NCBI GenBank assembly: GCA_951406725.2 | Contig: OX597822.1 | Coordinates: 85,870,001 to 85,934,000 of the forward strand | Direction: 5' to 3' | DNA from: Octopus vulgaris | Taxonomy: Eukaryota | DNA length: 64,000 nt | Part shown: one piece after another, positions 25,737 through 38,864 of the stretch | Numbering within the stretch: the stretch's first letter is position 1 | Layout of the letters: each line of letters begins with the position of its first letter | The notes under the pieces: generated by a model | Seen by the model: only the letters and a program-made list of their open reading frames with translations | Told to the model about the DNA's origin: nothing | Database searches by the model: none | Program-made: the position numbers and the translations under genes

Positions 25737-26736
25737 CATCTCATCTAGGTCATCCCATATATATATTTCCTTTGAAAAAAAATCCACATCACCTCGCCCA
25801 GATCAACCAGGGTCTTCTGACAGGACCCTTCTCTTTGATAAGAGAATTGTGGAACATAATCCTCATTGCAAGGTCTCAGACATAGCAGAACAAGTTGATG
25901 TCAGTCCCAGAACAACTGTCAGGTATCTCCACAAACTTGGTTACTATGGCAGAGCAGAAAGAAGGAAGTCATTTCTTCGACCAGCTGACATCTAGCAGAG
26001 AAAAGATAAGGCCAGTGAGATGGTGGAGGGCCACTAGCATTTTAGGACACTGTCATATTCTCTGATAAGTCCAGATTTGCTGTATTTCCTGATAGTGATA
26101 GAATGTGGGTCTGGAGGATCTGTGATCAAGAATTTGATATGAAAAGATTGCAGCCAACAATGAAACAAGGCAGATATTCTGTGATTATCTGGGGAGCAAT
26201 TTGGAGCAATGGTTGATTAGAACTGGTGGAGTGTGAGAGAAACATAAACTCAGATAAATATGTGTCCATATTGCAGAAAGGGCCCCTTCCAATCTTCTCC
26301 AGTGGTGAAATGACAAAAGAAGACTCTTTATTTATGGGGCTCCTTATCACATGGCTAAAATGACCCAAGATTTGTTGAATGAGAATAGCATTAAAAAGCT
26401 TTCATGACCAAGCCAGTCGCCAGATATGAACCCTATTGAACACCTCTGGGGCATAATGGACAGGACACTTCATAAAAAGAACAAGAAAGCATCTTCAAAG
26501 CCAGATCTTTTGATATTACTGCATGAAATTTGGCAAGAAATTCCACAAGAGAATATTCATCATCTGATGAGTAACATGCCTAATAGGGTCTTTGCATTGA
26601 AAAATGTAAAGGGCATGTCTACTAAATATTAAATATTCACATTATAATGATTAATAAATAATTTGAATGTATAATTTCAGATTTAAAGAAATTTTTATGA
26701 TTATAAGGGTGTCTATTTACTTTTGTCACGTTTGTG
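25737..26736 (+). mobile_element. Tc1-like transposon, 5'-truncated and decayed
   Basis: HTH region (VSPRTTVRYLHKLGY), IFSDKSRF-like and SVIIWGAI motifs, SPDMNPIEHLW...KGMSTKY* C-terminus. Right end ...TTTACTTTTGTCACGTTTGTG followed by TA. Confidence 0.9.
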
Positions 26737-27004
26737 TACATATGTACATATATATACACATATATATATGGAGGTGTGTGTGTGTGTATGTATCATCATC
26801 ATCATTTAATGTCCATCTTTCATGCATGCATGGGTAGGACAGTGACAGGAGCCGGCCAGGTAGAAAATCTACCCAAGGCTGCTATATCTTTTTAAGCAAG
26901 GGTTTTACAGGTGGATGCCCTTCCAGATGCCAACCATGTAACAGTGTAGACTGAATGCTTTTCATGTGGCACCAGCACTGTATTCATATATTCATATACA
27001 TATA

Positions 27005-27340
27005 TCATCATCATCATCGTTTAACGTCTGTTTTCCGCGCTAGCACGGGTTGGACGGTTCGACTGGGGTCTGGGAAGCCAGGAGGCTGCACCAGGCTCCA
27101 GTCTGATCTGGCAGTATTTCTACAGCTGGATGCCATTCCTAACGCCAACCACTCCGCGAGTGTAGTGGGTGCTTTTTACATGCCACCGGCACAGGTGCCA
27201 GGGGAGTCTGGCAGTGGCCACGATTGGTTGGTGCTTTTAACGTGCCACTAGCACAGAAGCCAGTCAAGGCGGCGCTGGCATCGGCCACGTTCGGATGGTG
27301 CTTTTTACGTGCCACCGGCACAGAAGCCAGTCGAGGCGGT
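27005..27340 (-). mobile_element. SINE family B (young, CpG-rich)
   Basis: Reverse complement of the family B body, with (ATC)n tail at the left. Confidence 0.8.
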
Positions 27341-27460
27341 GCATGCATACATATATGTGTTTGTGTGTATGTATGTATATATATATATATATATGTATGT
27401 ATATATATATACATATATATATATAGGTGAGAGAGTTGGTGTGTGAAAGCACGTGGTTGG

Positions 27461-27806
27461 ATGTATAAAAAATTAAAAAAGAGTGAAAAAACTACAGAAG
27501 GCTTGTGTTATAAGGTTAAAGAATATATTTAAGTCGTTATATTAGAAAAATGTTATAAAATTTTGTGTATAGTAACATAGTTTTTGGAGAAATAACCGGT
27601 TTCCTATTTTCTTTTCAAATTTCTCAAATTTGTTTACCTACATCATGTCATGTCTTGGACACAATGTAGGTAAAGAAATTTGAGAAATTTAAAAAGAAAA
27701 TACGAAACTGGTTATTTCTCCAAAAACTATGTTACTATACACAAAAGTTTATAACATTTTTCTAATATAACGACTTAAGTAGATTTTCACTCTTTTTTAT
27801 TTTTTT

Positions 27807-27812
<6 letters not shown>
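27461..27812. repeat. Long inverted repeat (~150-bp arms) in (TA)n context
   Basis: TAAGTCGTTATATTAGAAAAATGTTATAAA.../...TTTATAACATTTTTCTAATATAACGACTTA. Arms contain GAAAC(C/T)GGTT, the 3' half of a minimal hammerhead. Confidence 0.8.
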
Positions 27813-27858
<46 letters not shown>

Positions 27859-28409
27859 TTTTTATACATACATATATATATATATATATATATCCTACTT
27901 AATGTGGATATATTGTAAGAATGCCTCAGTTCTGGAGTATTTGTCATGAGAAAGCTTCTCATATATTCATATGATACTAAAAAGCACAAAAATGTCCAAC
28001 ACCCGTGGTGGAACTGCTGAACATGTGATTTCTGCAATGTTTGCACATCATCAGCAGTAGATATCCACTATCAGTATTCTATGGTCATATAACTTTCTTG
28101 TCACCAACTTTTACTTGCTTTGCACAAGATACCAGTGGAATCAATTTCGAAAACCTGTCATTGCAAAACAAATTCCTTAACCATTCAGCCAGGTGTGCAT
28201 CTATAGCAACAAGAAGGAAATCAGGTTACATATCTGTAACATATCTGTTACCTATTTGTAACATAATGTAACATTACTGTCAAAGTAAGGCTTCGTTATT
28301 GTTTTCAGCCCAGTTGTGGCCCCAAGTGTGCACTTACACTTCACCCTTACAACTAAAAGGAGTTTCCTGCTACATATTAAGAGAAAAAAGATAAAAGCCA
28401 TTGTCAACT

Positions 28410-28790
28410 GGGTCTCAGGTTCAATCTTATTAGGTGGCACCTTGGGCAAGTGTCTTCTACTGTAGCCTTGTGTCAACCAAAGCCTTGTCAGTAGATTTGG
28501 TAAATGGAAACTGAAAGAAGCCTGTCATATATATATATATATATATATAAATGTGTGTGTGTGAGTGTCTTTGTGCCTGTGTTTGCTCCCTGCCACACAC
28601 ACTGCTTGACAACTGGTGTTGGTGTATTTATGTCCCTGTAACTTGGCAGTTTGGCAAAAGAAACCAACAGAATAAGTACCAGGCTAAAAAAAATATTAAG
28701 TTTTGGGAGCACTTCTTTTAGCTAAAACTTCTTTAAGGTGATGCCCCAGCATGGCCATAGTCTAATGACTGAAACAAGTAAAAGCTGAAA
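28410..28790 (+). mobile_element. tRNA-derived SINE family C (CCTTGGGCAAGT core)
   Basis: GGCACCTTGGGCAAGTGTCTTCTAC...GGAAACTGAAAGAAGCC, internal microsatellite, CCCCAGCATGGCC..TGACTGAAACAAGTAAAAG tail. Copies at 29865-30255 (-), 46464-46835 (+), 63520-63670 (+). Confidence 0.8.
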
Positions 28791-30544
28791 AAAAGCAATG
28801 ATAAACCATATAACAGAATGTTTTCAGTGTAAACCAAAACTATTGTCTAATTTGCTCTTCGTTGTCAGTCACATTATCAACACTTTATACAGAAGTTGAT
28901 AAACAGGACATGTCTTGGAGACAGCAGTCTCTTTCAAGATTTATAATCTAAATTTTGTGGCTGTTATTTAAACCCAAAACATTATCAATTTCTACCATTA
29001 TAAATATTAAATTTATATTATACAATAAATTAGCTATCTTGTTATATAACGAGAAGCATTGACATCCTCAATGAAATAGTTTCATCTATGAAAATATCTG
29101 ATAGTCTTTGACAAGATATTGTGCTCTATTTGTCTTGAACTTTCCAAGATAATATGGCTGGTGTAAAGCAAGAGTTATAAATTCAAATATAAAATTATTT
29201 TCTCTTACGAAAATGGATGAAATATTTGAGATGAGGTTAGACTGACAATTCAGATTTAACTCTTAATAGTCATTCTGCAATAAATGGTATATCATTGTTT
29301 CACTAATAATTTTGCATGTTTTCGTGTGAATAGGACTATTTAAGATGGTGGCTATTTTGGTTATCCAGTTGGATATAGCCTCTACGAGAAAAAGGATTGA
29401 GTGCTACCAACTACACCACACAAAATAATGATGTTGTTTTGGTTCACAACTGATCTCAGATTTACCTGCCAAGTTACTCATGCAGGCGAAATAGCTTCAC
29501 CTCACCTACTTATCCTTTGTCAGTTGTCATTTTACTGGCTGACAAAGCTGTGTTCCTACAAATATACAAAAACTTAAATTTTCTTCACTTTGATTTTTTC
29601 CTCACTTCACCACCAGTCTGGAGCACACTAAATTTATTTCAAGAGGTCGTCTTGAAAAACTACAAAAATTACATTGGAACGTGTCGCTGGTCAGTCTCTT
29701 GTGTCCACTGATTATTCTTAGCCATATCCAGCTTTACTTGGGCTTGTTATATTTATAAAAGGTTCCATGGTCTTCTGTCAAAGAAAATTTCCATAACTTC
29801 TACTTCTTTGCTCCAACCAAAATAAAAACTATTTGGCACCAAATTCTGCTTGTTTCTTGGATCTATTATCTTTTGTTTCAGTCATTAGATTGTGGCCATG
29901 CTGGAGTACTGCCTTGAAGAATTTTGATCAAATGAATTGCCTTCAGTACTTATTTTTTAAGCCTGGGACTTTCTCTATTGGCCCCTTTTGCAGAACCACT
30001 AGGTTTCAGGGTCATAAACACACCAACACCAGTTTTCAAGTGGTGGGGAGGGGGGCAAAAAGACACAAAATACATACACACACACACATGTATGACAAGC
30101 TTCTTTTGGTTTCCATCTACCAAATCCACTCCACAAAGCTTTGGTCAGCACTGAACTATAGTAGAAGACACTTGCCCAAGGTGCCACACAGTAGAACATG
30201 AACCCAGAACCATGTGGTTGGGAAACAAGCTTCATACCACACAGCTATGCCTACTTTGCATATGGGGAATAGACCAGTGGCTACTTTTTTTTATGCTAAA
30301 GTGCCCACCTTCAATCTTTGTCTGTGGAATGTAAGCACCTCAAGAATTTTAAGAATACAATGTAGCACAATCAGAATGCAACAATTTTTACTCTAAAATT
30401 ACAGTTTTCCAGTTTTTTTAAAATTATTATATTATTGTATCATTGTATTGTTGTACGTGTGGTATTGTTGTATGTTGGCCATTTGCCTGAGCAGGTGTAA
30501 CTGTTTTTGAATAAAGACTAAAAAAGAAAAAGAAAAAGCAAGAA

Positions 30545-30590
<46 letters not shown>

Positions 30591-30969
30591 CTGACTATGA
30601 CTGCATTAACATCAACCTTCTCTGATAAGATACAAAAGGTGACTCTTTATCTTCATATGTCACAGCTGTTTGTCATTTACAAATGTCCTTGCATATCTTC
30701 TTTTCCTTTCCTTTTTTTTTCTTTCTTTCTTTTTCTTCTTTTTTGTTAATCAATTTGTAAAAGATTTTGTAAGGTAGCATGCACCAGTTGATAAAGAAGT
30801 TGATAATCAACTTTCTTAATTTAATTTCATTGGTCAATTATTAAACTCAGTTTGGTTTGTCAATTATTAGAAAATTTTATTCAGTAAATTAATTCTCTTT
30901 TGTCTCATTGTTATCAGCACCAAAGAAAGGAACAGAAACAAATCTCTTTCTACAGGGTTCTACAGAAAA

Positions 30970-31032
30970 ATGTTTGCCAATGAAAAAATAATTGAATGTG
31001 TTCCAAACTTTTCAGAAGGTTCTGATCAAAAA
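30970..31032 (+). CDS. FTCD: Formimidoyltransferase-cyclodeaminase, coding exon 1
   Basis: ATG in aaaaATG context. MFANEKIIECVPNFSEGSDQK matches the FTCD N-terminal ECVPNFSEG motif. Donor GTGAGT, phase 0. Confidence 0.93.
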
Positions 31033-32704
31033 GTGAGTATTTCATTTGTTCCCTTTAATTACTTCCAATGAAGGGGTCTTTGTGTTGTTGTTTTTTTATA
31101 CATATATATTTTTTATTGATATGTTTATCATAAATAACAAGATTATTCCAACATGATCATGATTCTGATGACAATGGCAACACTGTCAACAATGGTGATG
31201 CCATCACTAATGATGATGATGATGATGATGATGACGACGACAATGATGATGAAGAGTTTATTGATGATGACAGTGATGTTAGTGATGATGTCAGCAATGT
31301 TTTATTAAACTCCCACATACAAGTAAAAAATCCCTAACTCAATGAATAAACCATTCCACCTGCCCATAAATGTCTCTCGCAGACCCCATAGATCTTCCCC
31401 TGTCTTTATAGAGTCAGGTGTGATGATTCTTTGAATCTTGATACATGTGTAGTTTGTGTTTTAACTGTGAACATTCTGACTTTTTATTTTTGTATTTCAA
31501 CTTGATTTCATTCTCATAATCCTTTGCCACAGTATTTAATGCTAACAGGGATAAACTTTATTAAATGAGATAATTTCTAAGAAATATGTTTCCAATTTTC
31601 TTAATCTCCAGTCTGACAAGAATAGCAAACATATTGTCTTTTATTGTGACTCTCCCATCATCACTGCTGCAACTACAATGAAATCTGTTTTGCCAATAAC
31701 ATCATAATAAGACTGAAATATGTCAGAAGTTATCTACCATACTTACCAAAATAATTGAAACAATATTAGTCCCACCAGTTGTATACTGAGGTCAATCTAA
31801 TCGACTGACCCCAGGGATCTTTTCAGTCTAACCAACAGATTTTTTGATTAATTGAAGCAGCTAAAGTTAAAGAAAAGTTGAAAGAATAAAAGACAGCAAG
31901 TATCCATATTCCAAATATTGGGATTCCCATATAAAATAATATAAACTTATAAACTTGCATTATTTATTTTTTTCCTTGAAGACAGAAATTTCATTTTTCT
32001 TTTTGTCAGGAAGATTTGGTTGCTCTTTCTAGCAACTCGAGCAACCAGGTACTTATTTCCAAAGTAAAAACTTGTGGAAATTCCACCCTCACCAGATTAG
32101 ATACAGTTTAACACACTTTAACTTTCTCCTCCATTCAACAACACTCCGGCAGGAAGAATTTTTTTCCCTTATTTTTAGATGTAAACATTCAAATTTACCA
32201 TTATTCTTCATTTAATGGGTTAAAGGAAAATAACCCTAACCCTTGCTCCCTTTTCTTTAATGTTGTCTTCTCCCTCTGTTTTAGATTCCCTCATGAAGTA
32301 GCCATGTTATCTGAATCTGAACAATTGCAGAAGAATGTCTGTGATTACTGCACTATCTTAACATGAAACTTGAAGTAGCTTATGTATAACTCCTGTATTT
32401 GTTAAATGATATTCATCACTTGCTGGATTGAGTACTTCCTTGCTCGTCTACAAACAAGTGAACAGTAAATTCATACATGCACGCATGCATGCAACACACA
32501 TACACACATACACATACATACATACACACATACATACATGCGTACATACATACACATACATACATACATCATTTCATATCCATTTTCCATGCTGGCATGT
32601 GTTAGACATACGTATATATATTTATCCTTTTCTTTCTCTCAGATCTTTCTCTTTGCAATAGCTTGTTATGTCATGAGTTGTTCTTTTACTAATTTCCTTA
32701 CCAG

Positions 32705-32888
32705 ATCATTGATGCCATTTCCAATGCTATAGCTGAGACTAATGGCTGTTCTTTGCTTGACGTTGACAATGGTCCATCAGCAAACAGAACTGTCTACACA
32801 TTTGTTGGTTCCCCGGAAGCAGTAGTGGAAGGTGCCCTTAGAGCATCCAGAGAAGCCTTCAAACTTATTGATCTGAGTCAACAACATG
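32705..32888 (+). CDS. FTCD: FTCD coding exon 2
   Basis: CAG|[61 protein letters not shown](G)|GTAAG; 184 nt. Confidence 0.96.
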
Positions 32889-33540
32889 GTAAGGAACTGT
32901 TACAGGATCACTCTATTTCTTTGATTCCCAATGTGGGGCATGGTAATATTTTGGTGAGGTATGTATAGGGTTATGCTGAATTTTTATAACTTTTGTACAC
33001 AATGTTTAGTATACCAATTGAGAAAGGGGGTAATTCAAGAATGAGTTATTAAAAAAAAAAATTCTTTACATCCCTTCTGTGGACAATTTTATCAACTTTT
33101 GGACACTTTAGAGACAACAGGTCGTTTTCATCTTATTCATAAGATTTGATGGAGCTGGAGCCTGATGCAGCTCTCTGGATAGCCAGCTCCTGTCAAAGCA
33201 TCCAACCCATGCCAACAGAAGCATAAAGCAGTAAAATAAATTCTTAACCACTCAGTTACACCTGCACTTAAAACATTCATTTCTAGTCTTTTATTTTAAT
33301 TTCATCTTGAGACTAAATTTGGTCAGTTGACTCTACTATATTGCTTAATCTTAATCCTTTAGCATCTTAATCTTTTAGCATTTGGATTACTCTATCAAAT
33401 GTGATGCTTATTTATTCACATTGTCTTCAATTATGCATTATTTCATAACTTTGCAATTTCAATGATGTGATTGTTTTATTCTTCAGTTTAGTGGTGTGTG
33501 AAAACATGTAGGTTATTACAAATGCGTATGTGCGTGTGTG

Positions 33541-33576
<36 letters not shown>

Positions 33577-33682
33577 TCAGTGAAAGCAATGCCATCTTAA
33601 TTCCCTATGGAGAAATGTGTGTTTTGTTTTGTTTTGTTTTTCCAGTTTCAGTGTGTGGCCATGCTGGGGCACCGCCATTGTG

Positions 33683-33840
33683 GTGAAAGAGTACAGCAGG
33701 GATCACCACCCCCTGCCGGAGCCTCGTAGAGCTTTTAGGTGTTTTCGCTCAATAAACACTCACAACGCCCGGTCTGAGAATCGAAACCGCGATCCTGCGA
33801 CCGCGAGTCCGCTGCCCTAACCACTAGGCCATTGCGCCTC
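33683..33840 (-). mobile_element. Young tRNA-derived SINE (CpG-intact head)
   Basis: Reverse complement: GGCGCAATGGCCTAGTGGTTAGGGCAGCGGACTCGCGGTCGCAGGATCGCGGTTTCGATTCTC, with A/B boxes followed by a non-tRNA body. Confidence 0.7.
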
Positions 33841-34733
33841 TACCGGATGTGTCTAAGAGTACTGAGTTTTTTTTATCTCTGATGAGAATGAGGGATGAAA
33901 GAATTGAATGTGAGTGATAAGAAATGGGTTGAAATGGAGTGGAAGGAAGTAAGGGGTAGCATCAATGAAGGAAGAGAAAGAGGCAGAAAGAGAGAAAGAG
34001 AGAAAGTGAGAAGACAGAGAGGGCATAAATTATATTAATTTTATGTTAATATAATTACTTCTACCAACATTGTTATGAAGAACTGGTATGTTCTCAGTGG
34101 GAACAGAGCTGGGGATGATCTTAAAGTTCCTGCAGACAAAATAACTGCAATATTTTCTCTTTACCAAATAGTGATGGAACTTAAGATTTTTAGAAGAGCA
34201 GAAAATGAGGAACTGTACAATTTGTATCAGTCCTAAAACATAAGAAATGAATATGAAGGAGTCCAGTTTTTTCTTGCAATTAAAGTAAGATTCTTGAACT
34301 CTGCTCCCCAAGAATTTACCATTAATTTACCATCTGGTTTTTCATTTCTACTGATTTAATTTTTGCAATCTCTGACTTGTGCGTTTTTTCACATTTCTTT
34401 TTTTTTTCAAAGTCTTCTTATTGTATTTGACAGAATATAAAATTTATTCAAGGACACATTATTACAGCTAGTAAGGAAAATAGGCTGCCCAAATTGCATG
34501 AAATAGCAGCAAAATTTCCCATCAAAATTCTGTTAAACCATCCTAAAAATAGTTAACTGAGTCCTGATTGTAAAACATGAAAAAAGTAGGAAAGACTCAC
34601 AGATGGAATACCATTTAGGTAAATGAAATATCTAATTAGTGACGAATATAATTAGCAGAATTGTATGATGAAAAAGTTATCTCTAAATGCCAAGGCAAGA
34701 TTACACCTGTTATTAATTTTATTCATTTTGAAG

Positions 34734-34862
34734 GAGAACATCCAAGAATTGGCTCCCTGGATGTGTGTCCATTCATTCCTGTACGTGGTGCCACCATGGA
34801 CGACTGTGTCAAATGCTCAGAAGAATTTGCTGATAAATTATCAAAGGAATTCAATGTACCAG
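34734..34862 (+). CDS. FTCD: FTCD coding exon 3 (contains the catalytic GEHPR histidine)
   Basis: AAG|(G)EHPRIGSLDVCPFIPVRGATMDDCVKCSEEFADKLSKEFNVP(V)|GTAAT; 129 nt. Confidence 0.96.
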
Positions 34863-36039
34863 GTAATTAATGAAATTAGAAATACCAAGTAATTAAAATT
34901 TGTTTTTCTTTCTTTCTATATTTGTTTATTGCTTATTTTTTTTATTTCCTTTTGCATCTGTTTTTAAATTGTACTTAACTTTTGCAAGTGTCATTGGCAT
35001 TGTTACTGCTAATGTTGTCCAGGAGATCGATGGAATATTAATGCCTGTCACTTTTTTATGTATTGTAGTGTTGTAAGTGCTATGTAGCAGTTTGTATATA
35101 TTAATGCAGCAGTTGACATGTGGCCATGGCTAGTCATTCCGCTTAGCTCGTCCTTCAGGATATCCAGAAATACCCCCCTCCTTAACAAACAAACAGCATT
35201 GAGTCACCAGTTGAGTTACTGAGGGCTCAACCATGCAGAGCTATACTACATTACACAGTTACCTTTTTTAAGTGATATCACCCACTAGAAACAGTAGCTT
35301 CATTCCCTCAAATCACACCCTACAGCCGACATATATATATATATATATATATAGTATTAATAATGATAAGGAGAATGGAGATTTTTCACATCCATAATTT
35401 TATTTACAGCATTCTTTTCTGGACCTACATGCATTTCAACTGCATTGATTGCACACTGTAGGATATGCAGACTGGTGTCATGTTCAGTGCAGTTCCTCTC
35501 TGCTATTTCAAAGTGAAACTGAAGGAATCAACAAACTGAATGAATAAAGTGTTTTTTAGGAGGTATGGGTGCTACAAAAGGACCAATGGGGTTAGCCAGC
35601 ATCTGAAAGTGAATTTAGAGAAAACATGGTAACTGCCAAGATAATATATCCCTTTAAGCTCGCTTTTGGATATATATATATGTATATATTTCCAAGAAAG
35701 TTAGAGGTTGTGAATCCAACCAACTAAGGGATAATATCTATCCAATATACTGCTGGTAGAAAACCCGATTATTAATACACAATTAACTACCGAGTGTCCT
35801 AAATTGCTATTACATTACAGAGTGTCCTAAATAGGTGAGGGTAAAGAGATATTTTACCATTAAATTATAGAGCAATAAGAAAATGGAGGGATCAATAGGT
35901 GTTTCATCAATTTTTAGACATTATATTATGTCAATTTATTTATTTATTTATTTATTTACTAAAATGACAATTACAAGAATATACATACATGTATAACATA
36001 TTATGCTTTACATATAAAATATAAAATATATAAAGATAC

Positions 36040-36540
36040 CAGTAATTATTAAATTACTGGTTAGTAGTTGAGCTGAAACTGATTTTTAAGTTATGTCTAT
36101 TGAAGAGCTTTCTGTAACTATGGTTGACTGGAAAATGTCTATCTATCAGTGCTAAGAAATGCTTGCCTATATTAAAGGTCACCTCGGGTGAGTAGGGGTG
36201 TGTGAACCAGATAGTTTTCCTGTTCCTATGTTTCCTCTTCTTTATAGTTGGACTGGTGGCAGGTGTATAGGTTCCTCGCTAAAACCACTATCTTTTAGAT
36301 CCTTATTATATACTGGGGCAACGCTATTAAAAATGTCCCAATCAGAGGAGAGGCTAGAAATTCCTTTGCTAATGTTTTTAACTAAATTTTTAAACACTAT
36401 GGGGGGATGGCAGGAACCTACATTAATATAACTAAGTCTATCATCAGGCTTCCTATAAGCTTTATAAATATTCTTATTTAGATCTAAGGATTTATTGCTC
36501 ATATAATTTTTTTTTAAATAATTTTTCTGTATTCTACCTT
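36040..36540 (-). mobile_element. Penelope-like element RT C-terminal remnant
   Basis: LDLNKNIYKAYRKPDDRLSYINVGSCHPPIVFKNLVKNISKGISSLSS..IFNSVAPVYNKDLKDSGF, homologous to 20322-20606. Confidence 0.85.
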
Positions 36541-37273
36541 CCACCCTGTATTTTTTCTGTGCGTATATAGATCTGCATATGGAATTTTTTGCACGCACAT
36601 GTGGATGTGTGCACCTGTGCAGGTATGTGCGTATATAGACATGTGTGTGCATGCATGCGAGTATGTGTGTATATAGACATGTTTTACTCTTATTGCTTAT
36701 TTTTAAAACTTTTTTTACATATTTTTCCATATTTTGCTTTTAGCCCTGTTTTTTCTTGTGTATGTGCGTATATAGACGTGTATATGAACCTTTTCTGTGC
36801 ACATGTGTGTGTGTGTGCAAGCGTGTATGCGAGTATGTATATATTTTTTGGTGAATGTGTAGGTGAGCATGTGTGTGTTTAAAGTCAGGGTGGATAAGTA
36901 TATACATATAGGCGCATGTACTTGGGTGTGACGGCACGCATGTGTATGTATGGACATGCGCACTTACACGATTACTATGAAGATTTTTACTCCCTTACCT
37001 TTACTCCCTCCTCTTACTTAGTGGTCATTCTAATAGCTCTTTTGTCTTAATAACGGTCAATCACACAGTAATTTCCCTTTGTTTTAATGAACATTTTCAT
37101 AGCTTTTTTTTGATGGCCCAATACTTGAAGAGATGCCGGCGTGGGTTTCCGCCCTGACATCCGAATCTCAGAGTTTTTTCATGGCTACCGAATAATTGTC
37201 ACATATTATATTTACAAATAAATTCCTCTATTTACATAATATCAACGTCTCTTTCATTCTTTTGTTGAAAACC

Positions 37274-37328
<55 letters not shown>

Positions 37329-37329
<1 letters not shown>

Positions 37330-37511
37330 GGGGTTACCCTGGATTTCCTGTTCATGGCATATCATCAGACCCCAAGATCTGTTGGCCTAAGACCTCTTTA
37401 AAATATCCTCTTTGAAATATTTTAAAGAGGTTTTATGCCAACAGGTCTTGGGGTCTGACAATATGCCATAAAGTTAAACCCTTTATGAACAGGAAACCCA
37501 AGGTAACCCCA
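37329..37511. ncRNA. Palindromic cassette of two outward-facing type I hammerhead motifs
   Basis: + arm: TGGGGT-CTGACAA(37455-37461)-stem II-GAAACCCAAGGTA-ACCCCA. - arm: TGGGGT-CTGATGA(rc 37362-37368)-..-GAAATCCAGGGTA-ACCCCA. The whole unit is an inverted repeat flanked by TA. Confidence 0.75.
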
Positions 37512-38083
37512 TAAACCTGCCTTCCTCAGTAAAATATCCATGTGTATATATATATATATATATATATATTCTTTTATTTTTTTACTTGTTTCAGTCATTT
37601 GGACTTACTATTTCTTACTCTACTATGCACACACACACACATGTGTGTGTGCATTGACTTGGCAGTTACTATAACGACATCAGCCACAATCATCTCACTG
37701 TTCTATCAAATTAATTGTCAAGTTGTCATCACTTCAACCAAGAGTTTTCTTATTTGGAGGTGATCAAAATGACAGTTACATATTCAACTAGTCACTGACT
37801 GAATTTTTTTCTTGGTGTCTCATTGGTTATTTTCCACCAATCACAACTTAAATGGTCTTTAGGTGCAACGTATTTGAATTGAAACCTGGAACATCTTGCG
37901 TCAGTGGAACAACAATAAATTGCAAAGGAGGTTACCTGGCAATTAAGGAATTTCAACTGGTCTAATTGAATCCATGGCACACATTCTCTCAACAGCTCCT
38001 GTTCCATTCTCTCTTTCTCTGTTTGTATTTAATGTCACACACACACACTAATGCAAATGAAATCTTTTTCATAATTTACATTA

Positions 38084-38241
38084 TTTACATTTGATGGATA
38101 TTTGTCCTCATCTTGTTTGTTGTTAACACAATGTTTCGGCTGATATACCCTCCAGTTGTTAATGACAAACAAGATGAGGACAAATATCTGTCAAATGTAA
38201 ACATTGTACATAATTCCACATCTCTTAAATATAGAACTGTA
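38084..38241. mobile_element. Inverted, rearranged copy of the tRNA-hammerhead element of 6455-6712
   Basis: Reverse complement of CTGGAGGGTATATCAGCCGAAACATTGTGTTAACAACAAACAAGATGAGGACAAATATC, followed by a forward copy of the same tail (hairpin 38084-38201) ending TAAATATAGAACTGTA. Confidence 0.8.
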
Positions 38242-38439
38242 AAATCTTATTTCACATTCATTCAAAGAGACTTTCCACATGTTATTCCTTACTTTTCTTT
38301 GAATGAACTATTTTTACTTCCCATACCAATTCTTTGAAATTCCAGCCACTTGGACATTTTATCCATTTCCTGTTCGTTCCTCATAATATTTAATTGCTCA
38401 TATTTCTTATATTAAATTCTTCAGCCTTTTTGTACATCT

Positions 38440-38727
<288 letters not shown>

Positions 38728-38775
38728 TTTACATTTTCTTTATAATTGAAAAAAATTATGTTTTACACCTTTCAG

Positions 38776-38864
38776 TTTATCTTTATGGTGCTTCTGCCAA
38801 GAAGCCTGAACGGACATTACTGGCAAATATTAGGGCAGGAGAATATGAAGGCCTCCAGGCCAAG
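38776..38864 (+). CDS. FTCD: FTCD coding exon 4
   Basis: CAG|(V)YLYGASAKKPERTLLANIRAGEYEGLQAK|GTAAA; 89 nt. Confidence 0.96.

Noticed and set aside
28010-28060. Minus-strand CTGATGA...GAAA hammerhead-like motif
   Set aside because: Stem III does not pair convincingly and there is no Penelope context; probably chance.
29040-29500. Possible LINE endonuclease remnant
   Set aside because: Only faint motif resemblance with many stops; cannot be supported without a profile search.
31150-31300. Asp-rich coding-like stretch
   Set aside because: (GAT)n simple repeat inside FTCD intron 1 with no splice signals.
33878-33905. CTGATGA...GAAA on + strand (also CTGATGAAAC at 57081)
   Set aside because: No stem II or stem I possible.
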